A stretch of DNA of 49,530 nucleotides, the filler included, from Catajapyx aquilonaris (taxonomy: Eukaryota), in the NCBI GenBank assembly GCA_000934665.2. It is 3 parts of 3 records of this genome, joined end to end, with 100 filler letters (N's around TTAATTAATTAA, not from the genome) between each part and the next. Parts side by side here need not be neighbours in the genome. Positions count along the whole stretch, not along the records: positions 1 to 16,439 come from KZ539656.1; 2 more parts are not named here. One strand, written 5' to 3'. The notes beneath the pieces are model-generated. The model worked only from the letters and a program-made list of their open reading frames with translations. It was not told where the DNA came from and did no database searches. The translations under genes and the position numbers were made by a program. This document shows positions 1 through 12,519 of this stretch, piece after piece (the first letter of the stretch is position 1; each line of letters begins with the position of its first letter).

Positions 1-1846
1 AGTATACAAACTTACCATTTTTACTGCACTGTAAGAACTTATTGTATAAATAATACTGTAATTTAGCCTAGGGGAAAAGTGTCCCGAGGCGAAAGTATTT
101 ACACATGTTACATCATGGGAACGGCATTCAAGGGATGAGTACAATTTAATCACAATTTACAAAGTGTAGAGAATTTCCAATTAATCAGTTTTCTCTTGTA
201 CAAACCAACCGGGGATATTAAATTTTATAGTGAAAAATGAAAGTAATAAGAGCTTCAAAAATGGACTTACCTGGCTGTTGCATGCCCATACTCAGTGCGG
301 AATTAAAGGTCAAGGTAATTACAATCTAAAGTGAGACTGAGGAGAGAACCTAACCCAAAACTAATTTACCAATGTAAACTGTACATCCTGGCCACAACTA
401 TGCGAAATTGGGAAACGCAGGTTGATGAAAATGTTGGCCCTGATTATGGCAAAGTAGCCTCTAGCTATGTACGTAGATATGAAACATGCACACACTGAAG
501 CCTTTTAATCAATCTTCTATTATTACAAGATTTTGGCTTCAGTCGAGGAGAGCCCTTCAGTAAGGCTGGCGCAGCTTCCAATTTTGGAGTTCTCTGCAGT
601 GATGGATTTTAGCGTGAAGTCTGCGGAAATCCTCCATCAGAACGTTGCCAAAATCCATTTGTAAAATTCTGGATGAATTGCAAACCTGAACAATAAATAG
701 GATGGGAACAATTAATAAATGACCCTGTAATGAACTATTACCATGGAATATTTACTGAGTCATTAGGAGGGTTGTACATTGAAACATTCCATTGATTGAC
801 TCTCGTTACCTTGTCAATATCACATCAGGTTCACGTCACCAGAATCCACAAAGTCCGATCATTCACACTGAGGCTTTCATAAATTACTATTTGCGACTGG
901 CACATTCATCAACGACAATTAGGAAATATAAAAAAGGAAAACTAGACTCTTTTAATCTCTCCATTTGAATAAATTAACAGATATATATTTTTTCACTTGT
1001 CACAACCTTTCAGTCCATATATTATCTGAAACAAGCCGCAATGTTCTTTGAGCGAGTATACAGTGTAGGAAACATTGATACAAGGACACCAATAGGTAAA
1101 ACCACGTAGAGAGGAACATATTGGCACTTTTGGCTATTTTTTTTTTCAGCATTGTTCCCCCTATAGTATGATCGGCTTCCGGGAATAAATCTCCAGCGCC
1201 ATTTTACTCAGGAAGTTGGGCCCGAAAGCGCTATATCCACAGGATAGCAATAAAACAAAAAAAGTGAGTGGGTTCACCGATGTCGTTGTTGTTGGCTGCT
1301 AATCACAACGACGCGACGGCTCGTTGCAACGTACTTTTTTTCGTGTTTTTACATATGTGGTCATCTTGAGAGATAGTAGTCTTGATGTGCCCTGGGGACC
1401 ACCAAGACCGACCCCATCTCCATGTCACCGTCCAGACCGTTGACCAAAAGGTCATCGTTTCCAGAGAAGCTTGATTCCTCTGCCTGATGCTGCTCCATGC
1501 ACATCCGGCACCTCACAACCGATCCGTTGCACTTGGAGGTCAACGTCTGCTGCGACCTCTGAGAATGGTGCTGATCCTGCATGCCCCGACGAGAGGTCAA
1601 GGCCAGTTCAGGGCTCACATGACCCCGTTGGGCCTGCTGCTCCATATGAAGCGGCATCGATGGGTCTCGAACCCCTGAACATATGTCAAAGAAAAGTTTT
1701 GGACAAACCTGTTACCATGTAGGCCTACTATAGATTAAATTTTTGACGGGCGAAATCTAGTGCGCACCCACTCTCGCGCAGCTCCATTGGTATGACAACA
1801 TTGCCATAGTTATTCCCCAGGGGGCCAAATTCACACCCGTAGCCAC

Positions 1847-2012
1847 TAGAGAGTCTCCAGGAAGAGAGTTGCTAACTTATACGTCACGGTCGTCTCTGAT
1901 TGGCTGAAGTAGTACAGGCCTTCTGGTTCAGCCAATCGGAATCGACCGTGACGTCACAGAAACGCAAGTTGGCGACCTCCATAGGACACAGAGGCTCTAT
2001 GGAGCCTCTCTA
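1847..2012. mobile_element. Small palindromic MITE-like element
   Basis: Ends TAGAGAGTCTCCA / TGGAGCCTCTCTA are inverted (12/13). Internal inverted arms ACGTCACGGTCG..GATTGGCTGAA / TTCAGCCAATC..CGACCGTGACGT at 1881-1954. Confidence 0.55.
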
Positions 2013-2029
2013 TGGGGTGGGACGAGGGG

Positions 2030-2278
2030 GTAATTGCAGGTATAAAGGGTAAGAAAATGTAAGGTAAAATATGGGTCCTGATTACCCTACAATATAAGGT
2101 ATAAATGTGGAAGGTAGAAAAATACAGGGTAAGAAAGTGGCAATTTTTACCTTACATTTGAGGGTAAATTATAGGGTAACTTGATTAGAAGGTAACTTTT
2201 GCATGTATTACCTTATAAAATAGAGGGTAAAAAGGGCTTCTTTTTACCTTCTCTAGAGAAGGTAAATGGTTAAGAGTG
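2030..2278 (-). mobile_element. Putative CACTA/EnSpm-type transposon end with subterminal repeats
   Basis: Dense (A/G)GGTAA / TTACC motifs in both orientations, ending TTAAGAGTG (reverse complement CACTCTTAA). The partner end was not found. Confidence 0.35.
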
Positions 2279-5270
2279 ATAGTAGCCACCAGGCCTTGGC
2301 AACGTCGCAAAAGTCGGCCATATTGTTACCCCCTCAAGAGTAGCGTTGGAAATAGCGATAACTGTGGTGCGCACTCGGTTGCGTTCATTTTTAAGAATTC
2401 ATATCTGGAAACACTTTTCAAAATTTATTCGAGTTGACGCTGCATTGCACCGCACTGCAAAAGTTTACGCCCCACTTATCTCTGAAAATTATCGAACCTG
2501 GCATGTAGCAGAAACTTTGGGAACCCCCCGCATACTGCGAACTATTTATTTTCCTCCATCATATCTCCTCTGAAAACCGTATATAAGGAACAACCTTCCA
2601 ATCTGGCCAAGTGCAAAATGCAAACATAACTTTTCAGTAGAACCCGACCATGATGGGAGGCGTAACTTTCCAGTGTTATTGTCGACTGGTTCTTAGGACA
2701 CTAATTAAATCACCCGCTATCTGGACTGGTGCAGTCACCAAGCAGAAACTGCGATTCTCTGGGCCAAACTATGTTTAAAAAAAAAAACGACCCTCATTTT
2801 GTGAGACAGGTAAATATTGGCTTTTCTGCGATGGTATATCTAGTAGTCTCTTTTGGTTTTAAGTCCCCTTCTCCACCGCATCAAATCCGAGGATTTCTTG
2901 CGGACACGACCGGGTAATGAATCGGCATTTTGGGATGATCGAAACGCGGGTTTGGAGCGGCGAAGGGTTAATCCGATTCGCTGCGACCCCAATCGGAAAC
3001 GATATTAAACAAAATCCAGGCAGAGGGGGTTCAGGTACCGTACGTGGGATTCGCATAACCAAAAAGGGCGGGGTGCTTAGAATTTTAATGGCCGTCGATT
3101 GAAAATGTAACGTTTATATTATTGGATTGCACGATTTAATTACGTATTTACATATTTGTACATATTAATGACAACGCAGGTGATTAACTGCCTGAAATTA
3201 AATTCGACTAAATTATATCCAGCAAAATAAATATCTTGGGAAAAACCAAAATCCGCATCTACAGACATAAAATAGTTAATAGTACGTGTATGTTTAATTT
3301 TTACATAAATTTATGATATGTGAGACCATTGGGTACTTTTCATCCTTGCAACCCAAATTACACGGGGATATTTTCGTAATGTTGCCAGATCGTGCCAGAT
3401 GTTTTCCAGATGACGCAAGATGGCAGCATTCAACCCAATTGTGTATTGCAACTGGTAGTCGTGCAGTGATCAATGCAAAAAAATTGTGATTTGTCAAGGT
3501 GTCGAAATATGACGAGCAAAAAAATTCGCATGTTAAAAAGCCAACATTTGCAATTTTCCAGCTGACATGTTGCACTTTCCAGATAATCACTGGCGTTATG
3601 GCACGTAAATAATAGATCCAGTGTACACCTAATCAGGGGGCGATCCTACCCATTAGAAAATCTGCCATTTTAAAAATTTGCATGCAAGAGTCACGTACTT
3701 CCGAACCTCTAATTGAGAACAAACTTTTTCTATGAGATTATGATACTAGTTAATAGCTAATCCTTATACTAATTTGTTGACAGAACGAGGGTCCCGTCGC
3801 ATGTCATCACGATGATATGCTTCTCGTCAATATTTAGGGCTGTAATGGGTTGTATGGAGCACTGGAGTGGTGGGTGGTATGTAGGGGGCTAAATTGTGGC
3901 CTACCACCTATAATCCGCAGACTAATGTCATATCATGAAAATTCCGTCGCACTTTATAGACACAAAATCGTCCATGAAGTCAGAATGACCGCGTTTAATG
4001 TTCAGGAATTATTATAATAAAATGGTGCCCTTTTCCTGGTATGTTCTTTAAAAAGGGTGTTTAAAAGTTTGCCTCCCGAAAATCCGATTATTCTCTCTCA
4101 CACGGTTTTGAAAGCGGTTTTTACACCAAATTGCGGTGCGCTAATACAGTACTTTAACTGTACGTTAAGAGCTCCATTATGTTAAAGTTTGGCTGGACTT
4201 TGACTCCATTCTGCAGCACGGTGTACGGAGTCTCATGGGTGCATGTGGTGTGTACTAAAAGTCAATGAAGTTTCTGAGCGTCTAATACTGTACTGTACAT
4301 TATGGTACAGGCTGTACTCTGGAGTAATACTGTACGCCTGCAGGTCATACTACACGTTGTACAATGGTGCGGTTGCATACAAACGAGGATGATAAATTAT
4401 GAAACATACAGTACAAGTCTTGTCGACAATTTTTGCTTATATAATTAATTGCTGTTTTTAGAGAGAATAATTCTGAACTCATTAAATGTAATAATGTGAG
4501 TGTACTTACAAAGCCTGGATCGGTTTGAGAAGGACGATTGATGTGGTATGACCAACTGCGGCATCCTTTTGGCTCCACGAAGACAGCAGCAGTAACATAT
4601 GATGAGCTTGAAGTAGGACCTGAACCTATGCCAATTAAAATTAAATCACTTCAATCATATCATATTTTATTGTCAGTCGTTTGATATTGCGCCACATATT
4701 TTGCGGCGATAAAACGACATATTGAGCGTAATGCGGTAAATTACTGGCCTGATGCGGATAATTGCATGATTTTTTGTGTGTGTTTTGAAACGATTTATTG
4801 TGATTTATTGTCTCATGAGACGGAACGCATGAAGTTGAATCAAGTCATTTTTTTACGCAAAGCCAAGGAGATTTTTCAACCGTTTCTTGCTAAAAATGGA
4901 ATGCTCAAGAGACTTGAAGAGGTAGAATGCGGGCCGCAATGAGCACGCCATTTATCAGCGGAAATTGGGAGCCCCGAAATTTTTCACCCAGTCGTCAAGA
5001 GTTGAATCTGAATTCCCAAACTCTCGGCTCAGGATTTTTCTGGAACAATTCCACAAGTTTGTCCGATTCGTCTGGACAAAGTTACACAGAAAACGTGAGA
5101 CGAACCTTGAATTTTCCAACTTGTTCTTTTCGTAATTACTGCTCTCCTTCGAGCTAATGAATGTTAAATTCGATTCATTACTCATTCTGAAACCACGCTT
5201 AATTAATCAGTATTGACTTCACAGTATGGTCTGATTTTGTTGGTCCAAAATGCCATAACGAATCTCTCAC

Positions 5271-5467
5271 CTGACGTTCATCCAGTAGTAAATGATGGGA
5301 TTGACCATCGCGTTGGACATGGCCAGCCAATAGAAGGCCAGATACATGTGCTGCACGTAAGCTGTTGTGGTTATAGAGATGTTGTGGTAAGCGTAGATGA
5401 AGTATCCGTGGTATGGAAGCCAGCAGAAGGCGAAGATCACCACCACCAGGATGAACATCCGGACCAC
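5271..5467 (-). CDS. TkR86C: Tachykinin/natalisin receptor (TkR86C-like GPCR), TM6-TM7 exon
   Basis: Encodes VVRMFILVVVIFAFCWLPYHGYFIYAYHN...YVQHMYLAFYWLAMSNAMVNPIIYYWMNVR, with CWLP and NPxxY motifs. Acceptor ttggcag, donor gtgaga. Phase 0 matches the upstream exon. Subfamily call is from my recollection of the TkR86C sequence. Confidence 0.92.
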
Positions 5468-8400
5468 CTGCCAAAAGTTTACAAAGTTCTCCATGTAAGC
5501 TTCCAGAAGTTGGCAAAGTTTATGGGACAGCACCACACGTACAGAGTCTCCAGAGCTGTTTATGATCTTAGGGTTTTACGTGAGTTTCCTGACAAAACCT
5601 GTTTGCATATGAATAGTCGGCAGTGCGTCATTAGTACGTGTGACAAACTTGAAAGGTCACACTCACTATAGACACGTTTATCTTCTCCAGCAACCAAGAG
5701 AAGCAACGAAGCTGCCATGAAATCGATGTGGTCCGATCTGTCTTTCCGCATCATTTCTTAGACAATGCATGTTCAGTTGAAATATACCACGGGTCAAGGT
5801 CGGAGGATCGAACATTTGGACAGGGTATAAGAAGAAGGAGTTGTGTCATCATCAGTCACGTTCTGAATCAAACTGCTTTCATAATCCACTGGAAGACTCC
5901 AGGGTGCAATATACTTCGACATGACAAATGGGAATTTGGGCTAGGCCTGCTGTGTGGTGCACCTTTTTTCATTGAGTTAAAAAAAATGGACGGCATCATG
6001 ATACATTGTGTGCAGAGAGGTGAAGACGACGACATTTCATGTTTTGCACCAGCATCGTGTGAGGGATGGAGAAATTGATGGAGAGAACGCTACGATGTGT
6101 GTTCTCATGGCTCGTTTTTTCCCCATCGTCATAATCATATACAGAATTCGCTAGACGTGACTATGTCACGTGTTCACTATCACCTAGGTGACAACCGAAC
6201 CCTGAGAGTATTAAATAGAAAATCTCTCCCTGTTGATTATTATCAAACCTACCCTACCCTTTGAAGGCTTGGACTCCCCTCTAATGCCATTTTGGAACCC
6301 AAGTCAAGTTCGCAAATGAGCTCAGCAACGACGATTCTCCCGAACCCAAGTTTTTGCACCATCCAGAAGTTGGTGCAGAAAAGAAAAAGCAGGTGATAAG
6401 CCCCCGCCGTAAACGAAACTTACTGTAAATAATCCGATTCAATTTCGGCTGAGGAAATGGGTCATTTAGAGGGCCGCTATGTGGAGGAGAGACCAGACCC
6501 ATGTTTGGGTTCGTCTTTTCTGGGGGGGGGGGTCTAATCAGCCGNAGATTGCCGCTTAACCGGGCTTTATAGAGGAAGAGAAGGTGAAGATATGCTAGGA
6601 ATTTCGGTGTGTTTCGAGTTGCGATCATCTTGGAAAATGACATATTTTTTTTCTAGGCTGGATCTAGCGGAATTTGACAGTGTATGTTGAAGTATGATTC
6701 TAGAGATATTTTTCACATTCCGGATATTTCCAGACAGAAAACCAATAGAAGTGAGCAAAATATTATTTGTACGTGATATACTGCTGGATGCCATCGGACA
6801 CATGTTGCATTCCCTGGGAGAGATCGCAACGAGAGTAACGAGGAAACGTATGAGCTTCAAACTGCCGTAAAATGACGATGCCTTTTTAATGTAACAGCAA
6901 TATAATCATAAACTGAGACAATACAAAAGCATCGCGAACTTACAAAAGGTACATTGTGCATGTCTTCATTAATGTTCATGATTCCAGTAACGAGGCTTCC
7001 GTGTTCAAACAACGTCTTTGTGTAAAATAAATTTGGTGCTCCGGAACTTTCCTAAAGGAGGGTGTCGGTATAGTTACGAAACCAGGAAGTTTTTGCTATA
7101 GTGCGTTTATGTATTCGACGAAAAGAACAAAAGACTGACAAAATAACGAGCATATAAACTCCGTCAGGCGACTGAGAATATCATTAGTACCGTAAATAGA
7201 GGACGGTAGTCGTTACACTCTCTCGATCATTATGAGTAAGATTTCATTCTTTGCGCTTCATTCTTTATTATTTTACTGAATTCAGTCGCTTAATTATTAA
7301 AAGTTACAGAAATATTTTTTCTATATAAAATAATCATACAGACATAAAATATTTATCTAACGTCCATGACGACTAACCATAGCAAAAAACAATGTTATTG
7401 TAAAATATTGGTCGAATCACAATCGTCGCAAAACACTGGATGGTTCCAAATGTATGAGAATCAAAAGTAACAAGAATTTAGAGACAACCCTTCATAATAA
7501 CTATAGAGATCAAAAGCAAATATTAGATACAGCAGCTATACTATCCATTTTTTAAACAAATCGGATGAAATAATATGCTGCCAAAGTGAAGTTTAAAATA
7601 CTGCACGAAGCACATGTTGATGAGTCCTCAGCTGCGAATTTTCCAAGCCTTTTAATTTTTTTTATAGAGAATGTAATGAATTGTTACCTAATATTGGAAG
7701 GCAGGTATTTCTTTAAATTAAATGAACAGTCATATGCTTATGATGAAACACTTTTTCGCGTGCATATTAACATTTCACCACATGCATGTTTTTTTCATCC
7801 CAGGAAGGATATTAAGGCTACGAATTAACATTTTGTTTGGCCTGCTGCTGTTTTCATGGGCCTAGGTTATACAACCCTGATGTGGACATGTACAGTGCAG
7901 TGCAGCGCAATAACCACGGGGATTTTTTGAGTAGTTTTGTCCTCTCAGGGCAGCACATAATGGACTTCACGCCTTGTTTCCTCATTACGATTGTCCTGGC
8001 ACGCATTTCGGACCCGATTCGGTCATTAAAAGGAGTCTACAGGGTGGGCGTTCATTAGCATAACTTGTTTGTGTTTTTTGCGTTGCAGTCAGCGTGTGTC
8101 AAAACTAGATTTGCAAATTGCCATTTTTTGATGATTTTGAAACGTTCATACTTAGCTTGATGGATTTTAAAATCCTCTTCACACTTTAAATCGTTACGAG
8201 TCACAAGCAATCACTTTCAAAGTTGTTCGCTGCATTGTTAAACTCTAGAATAAAAGTTGCAAAATTACATTTTTCAGGTTTTCATATGGCCACAATAGGC
8301 TTCAGGAACCCCTCCCATAATATGTATTTTTTAAAATGCTAATGAATGCCTGACAATTACTGTTACATTTTGTCAGTGGTTTGAACTGTAATGAAATGGA

Positions 8401-9452
8401 TGTGCGCTCATTCATGGTTTTCCCATAATGATTTTAATACCTCATTTGAAGTAATGCCACATTGTGCGTTCAACATTGTGCAATAATCCGATTTTGTTAA
8501 AATTGTTGGTTTTAGCAAACCGAGTGTAGCTCGAAAATTGGACATTATTAACCAGTGTTATGAGCAGGAAAAAAATCCGGAATTATTCTTGTAGAACTTT
8601 TTCCAGTCACTTTAATAGCGGGAAAATAATTGCAAATGTCAGATTTTTACAACTTTGAGGACAAACAAATTGTTAAACTGTTACTTTTACAGCCAGTTAA
8701 ATGCCAGTTAAAATGTTGGAGAAACCAGTCATGCTCCCCGTTTTAATTAACCCAGATCTGCAACTGCAAGCAAAATTACAGCTCACCTTAGTAACAAATT
8801 TCTGGGCGAGCTGTTTACACAATCAACTTCAAATTCGAGACATATTTATAATGTTGGAAGTGATGTATTTTGGAAGCCTTCTGGGCAACCGTTTTACGAG
8901 CCACCACGGGTACTCCCCGGAAATTTGTGAACCGTACAATCCCGGAGGCATTCTGAATAATTCTTGTGGCTTGCTAGAGAGGGGGGTAAATCAGATCCCC
9001 CACCTTCCACCTTCCTCTTTCAAACACATGAAATCGATGGAAATCCAACATTGGGCTCCAGCTTGCTGGGCCAAGAAGGCGCACCATTTGCTTTAAAAAA
9101 AAGTCTGCGTCCCATAAGGATGGTGAGGGAAATTGCGGAATTCGTCCGTCCTTTTGTCAGCCCTTTGAGACCTTTTTTGAGTCGGATGAGAGAGGCGGAG
9201 TGGAATGAAAATGAGGGGGGGGGGGGGNNNNNNNNNNNNNNNNNNNNGGGGGGGGGGGGGGAAGACATTTTTCGGGAGTGTCTTCTGATGAAAGTGGGGG
9301 ACAGAAGGATGTGGTCTAGTCGAGTGTTTTCATGCGAATTTTGAGGCTTACAGTACCTCTGCCACAAAGAGACTGGAGATGTGGCAATAATTGCGCTAGT
9401 TATTTCTTGCTAATTAGGTAGAATTGGAGATGATGATAGTGTGCTCACTGAC

Positions 9453-9603
9453 CTTCCTCTTGGATTGAATGCTGTCCAACTGCCTTCTGGTCATCTCCCC
9501 GATGCTCTGACTGCCCCACAGCACCCTTCCCATCAAGGTGTAGCACACCGCCATGGCAGTCATGGGCAGCAGGTACGTCAGCCCCAGGAACACCACGTTG
9601 TAT
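9453..9603 (-). CDS. TkR86C: Tachykinin/natalisin receptor (TkR86C-like GPCR), TM5-ICL3 exon
   Basis: Encodes YNVVFLGLTYLLPMTAMAVCYTLMGRVLWGSQSIGEMTRRQLDSIQSKRK. Acceptor gcgtag, donor gtcagt. Splices in frame to the 5467 exon across a 3985-bp intron. Other exons were not found in the window. Confidence 0.92.
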
Positions 9604-9736
9604 CTACGCAAAGAGCGAAGAAACTACGTAATTATAATGTATAAAATTGGCTTGGGTCTGTGCCTCTGTTTGTATCGGTATAGTGTGCAGAGAGGGAGGA
9701 TTCGCCATCTATGTGAGAGATTTGGTACTAAAGTTA

Positions 9737-9943
9737 TCTATCCATCAAGTAGCCTATTGATAGTGTCCTTTCTGGCACCACACTCCCAACTCGGGGATGC
9801 CAAGTAGGCGAAGTAGGCGAAGCCCTACCGCCGAGCGAGCGAGTCTACACAGAGGCAAAGTTTGTTTGTTTGTCCAAGTTTGGTTTCCATGGCAACGAGT
9901 TACCATGGCAACATGCCATGCGAAGAACGTGCTCCGCTGCTAG
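9737..9943 (+). mobile_element. Non-autonomous Helitron-like element carrying two X-box motifs
   Basis: 3' end GCGAAGAACGTGCTCCGCTGCTAG|T resembles the 3' end of the 43372 element. Contains a (TTTG)n tract. The 5' A|TC boundary is tentative. Confidence 0.55.
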
Positions 9944-12292
9944 TTAGAGATAAAACCCCTGATAAAACGATCATCCCATTCGACCTACCATTAGCGGATT
10001 TAGAGTTGACCTCGACAAGTAGCTGTTAAAAAGTACCCGGCACTTAAAAAGAAGCCTCTAACCACCATCGCATGGCCCATTTGAGTTGGGAGCACACCCT
10101 GCATTGTGAATCATGCAAGGCGACACCGGGCGCCCTTCCGCGGGGTCATCGTCAGGGAGGCGAAAGCGGAATGGCGGCCACGTGAAACAGATTGTGGTGT
10201 CCGGTAGCACTTTTCATTAGGGGGTGGCTCTGGAGGCAGCTCGGAATCCAGTTAACTACCCAATCAGCGACGTCTGAAGGGGGAGGTGTCGTGCTAAGGT
10301 TTCCCAAGTTGGAGGCTCGATCTGGGGGGTCGCGTTATTTCCGCGCGTGATGTCCGCACCCAGTTGCAGAAGTTTTGTGTAAGCCTCTTTTAAAAGGGAA
10401 GCCTGATTATATGCGCAAATTGGGCTTAGAATTCTGTTGGCCATTAAGGATTTTGCAGACCTTCATATCTTTTGCTGGTTTCTAAGAAAATAAATCGTGG
10501 CTGCCTTTGTTTCAACCAAGGGAGATAAAGTTTTCGAACCAGAACTTTTAACGGATAAAATTTTTAGACATTCTCTATTATTGTTTCGTAGCGCATTATA
10601 GCCTAGAATTCCTTAGTCTTTTAGCGGATTGTTTTTTCCCCCACTGAATAAACACAGCCAGTCTTGATGAGAGTTAAAAACCAATACCCCAAGGAAAATG
10701 ACCCAAATGTAATATTCTGTACAAAACGCCACTGTTGACTTTCATAATACCATTTACATTAAATTTGAATAATTACGACATGTATACCCCTCTCCCGCGT
10801 TAACTAGGTTTTTCATCTCTATAGTTAACTCTAATTACCCACACGGCGAATCAAAACCATGACCCACACTCTGCACCTGGTGATACATTTTCTTGGATCA
10901 TACAGCACCCTGTACATTCGCAAATTGTACTTTTGTTCTCGGATAATACGGTCCACTTAGAGCGCATGAGTTTGTGCTTTCAGGCCCAGTGTGGCGTCAT
11001 AACGTGGGACAACGGTACATCCAGTAATTTCGACTGTCACCGGCTGGTACAAGCACACACCGGTGCACATCGTCCCCTGGGCTAATGGACGGGACTGAGA
11101 ACATTCTTTGTCGTCAGCATAATTTTAGGAGCGGGTTTAATGAAGACGAAAGGGGGAGCCATAGTGACCAAGTTTAGCGAGTAGCTATACGATTAATTTA
11201 GTACAGTACGTGTCTAGTAATGAAGCTTTGGGCTAGTCTTAGAGGGTTTGAGAGCACTGGTTAATTAATTGGGATTATCGCAGGTGCAGGCGTAGCCCAG
11301 GTAACACTGGTGCTGACATTACGTGCAAAGATGAATCAGTGCACTTCTGTAATTGTTACAGTTTCTAGTCCACATTTTTGATAGAGAACTAGTCAAAAAT
11401 TAGGCTAAAAATAGCTGATTGAATTGGACGCAAGTTGAATAATTAGTCAATGATTATTACCCCTGATTTGGACGTCATTACACAATGAAATAAAATCCAG
11501 CAGATGAAAATAACAAAATCCCATTTTTAGCTGCTATCTTACCAATCACTGGTAGGGTATATCGCCCTTTATAAATCATAATTATTTTGAAGGTCGATTT
11601 TAATGAACGTCCTCTACGCTGTCCCTCAGAAATGACGCCTTTTTGTGTGACGTTTCGTCCCTAATTATCTGTAATGCGTAGGATGATGGTTCAGGATGAA
11701 CTATGTTATTCCATGGGGTGACGTTATTGTGTGGGGCATTCGCTTTGGTTTTTGCACACATCGATTTGTAATGCCTTGCGCTGCTGTACCAAGCGGGTTT
11801 TAAGCCCAGATTAGCCTATACACACCGTGTGGGTAGGGCTTATTCAGATTTTTCTCTCTCTCTTTTTTTTACGAAGGTATACCAGTGGCAGGAATATCGG
11901 AGCTAATCAGCAGTCGCTATCCGTCTGAAAAATCCGGCTTGATTTACTTGATGTTAAATAGCAGAATTTTTTATTACACTGAGTAATAATTCAAAGCATA
12001 TGCCCATACAGTGTGGACTAATATTTGTTCTCAACGTGCAGTATTGCAGCAAATTTGAATGAACAAGCATCACTGTAACTCGATGCAGGTGATTGAAATT
12101 ATTAGTACAAGGTGTAATGCACAGTACAGTGTCTTACCAAGTGGAGCACTCGTTTCACCTTTCTTACTATTTTTTTCCTTTTCCCTTTTCTTGTCCTATA
12201 GTAGCATACAGTATACCCTGTAGCAATTATTGATTGGTGATAGAATGTGATAGAGAGATAAATAATAGCAGAAGTTTCTTCTCCTTGTGGAA

Positions 12293-12366
12293 GCCTCCGT
12301 GGCGCAATGGGTTCGCGCGTCCGGCTGTTAATCGGAAGGTTGGTGGTTCGAGTCCACCCGGAGGCG
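12293..12366 (+). tRNA. tRNA-Asn (GTT)
   Basis: Cloverleaf: acceptor GCCTCCG/CGGAGGC, D stem GCGC/GCGC, anticodon arm TCCGG-CTGTTAA-TCGGA, T arm GGTGG-TTCGAGT-CCACC. A and B boxes present, T5 terminator at 12368-12372. Confidence 0.9.
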
Positions 12367-12497
12367 GTTTTTCTTTGCATTCGTTTACTTTTGTAATTAT
12401 TTTCAATAGGAAATTTAATTCTCAATAGTATTCTGGTGTTTCGAGCATAGGCCCGGTTGTATATGACTGGTTGTTTTTATATTATTTTATCATTTTC

Positions 12498-12519
12498 GGT
12501 TCGAGTCCACCCGGGGGTG
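12498..12519 (+). pseudogene. 3' fragment of a tRNA-Asn (B box / T arm plus acceptor 3' strand)
   Basis: GGTTCGAGTCCACCCGGGGGTG nearly repeats the 3' end of the adjacent tRNA. Confidence 0.7.

Noticed and set aside
530..687. Minus-strand exon-like segment as the final receptor exon
   Set aside because: The in-phase translation (RFAIHPEFYKWILATF*) does not resemble the expected helix-8 FRxxF sequence; it more likely belongs to a transposon gene remnant.
1361..1722. Overlapping ORFs of 63-98 aa
   Set aside because: No recognisable domain; possibly transposon-internal, but I cannot support a gene call.
9214..9261. Poly-G tract as a G-quadruplex or Gly/Pro repeat
   Set aside because: It flanks an N gap, so its length is unreliable.
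10130..10177. GC-rich stem with CTGACGA on the minus strand as a hammerhead ribozyme
   Set aside because: No correctly placed GAAA and stem II; the core is incomplete.
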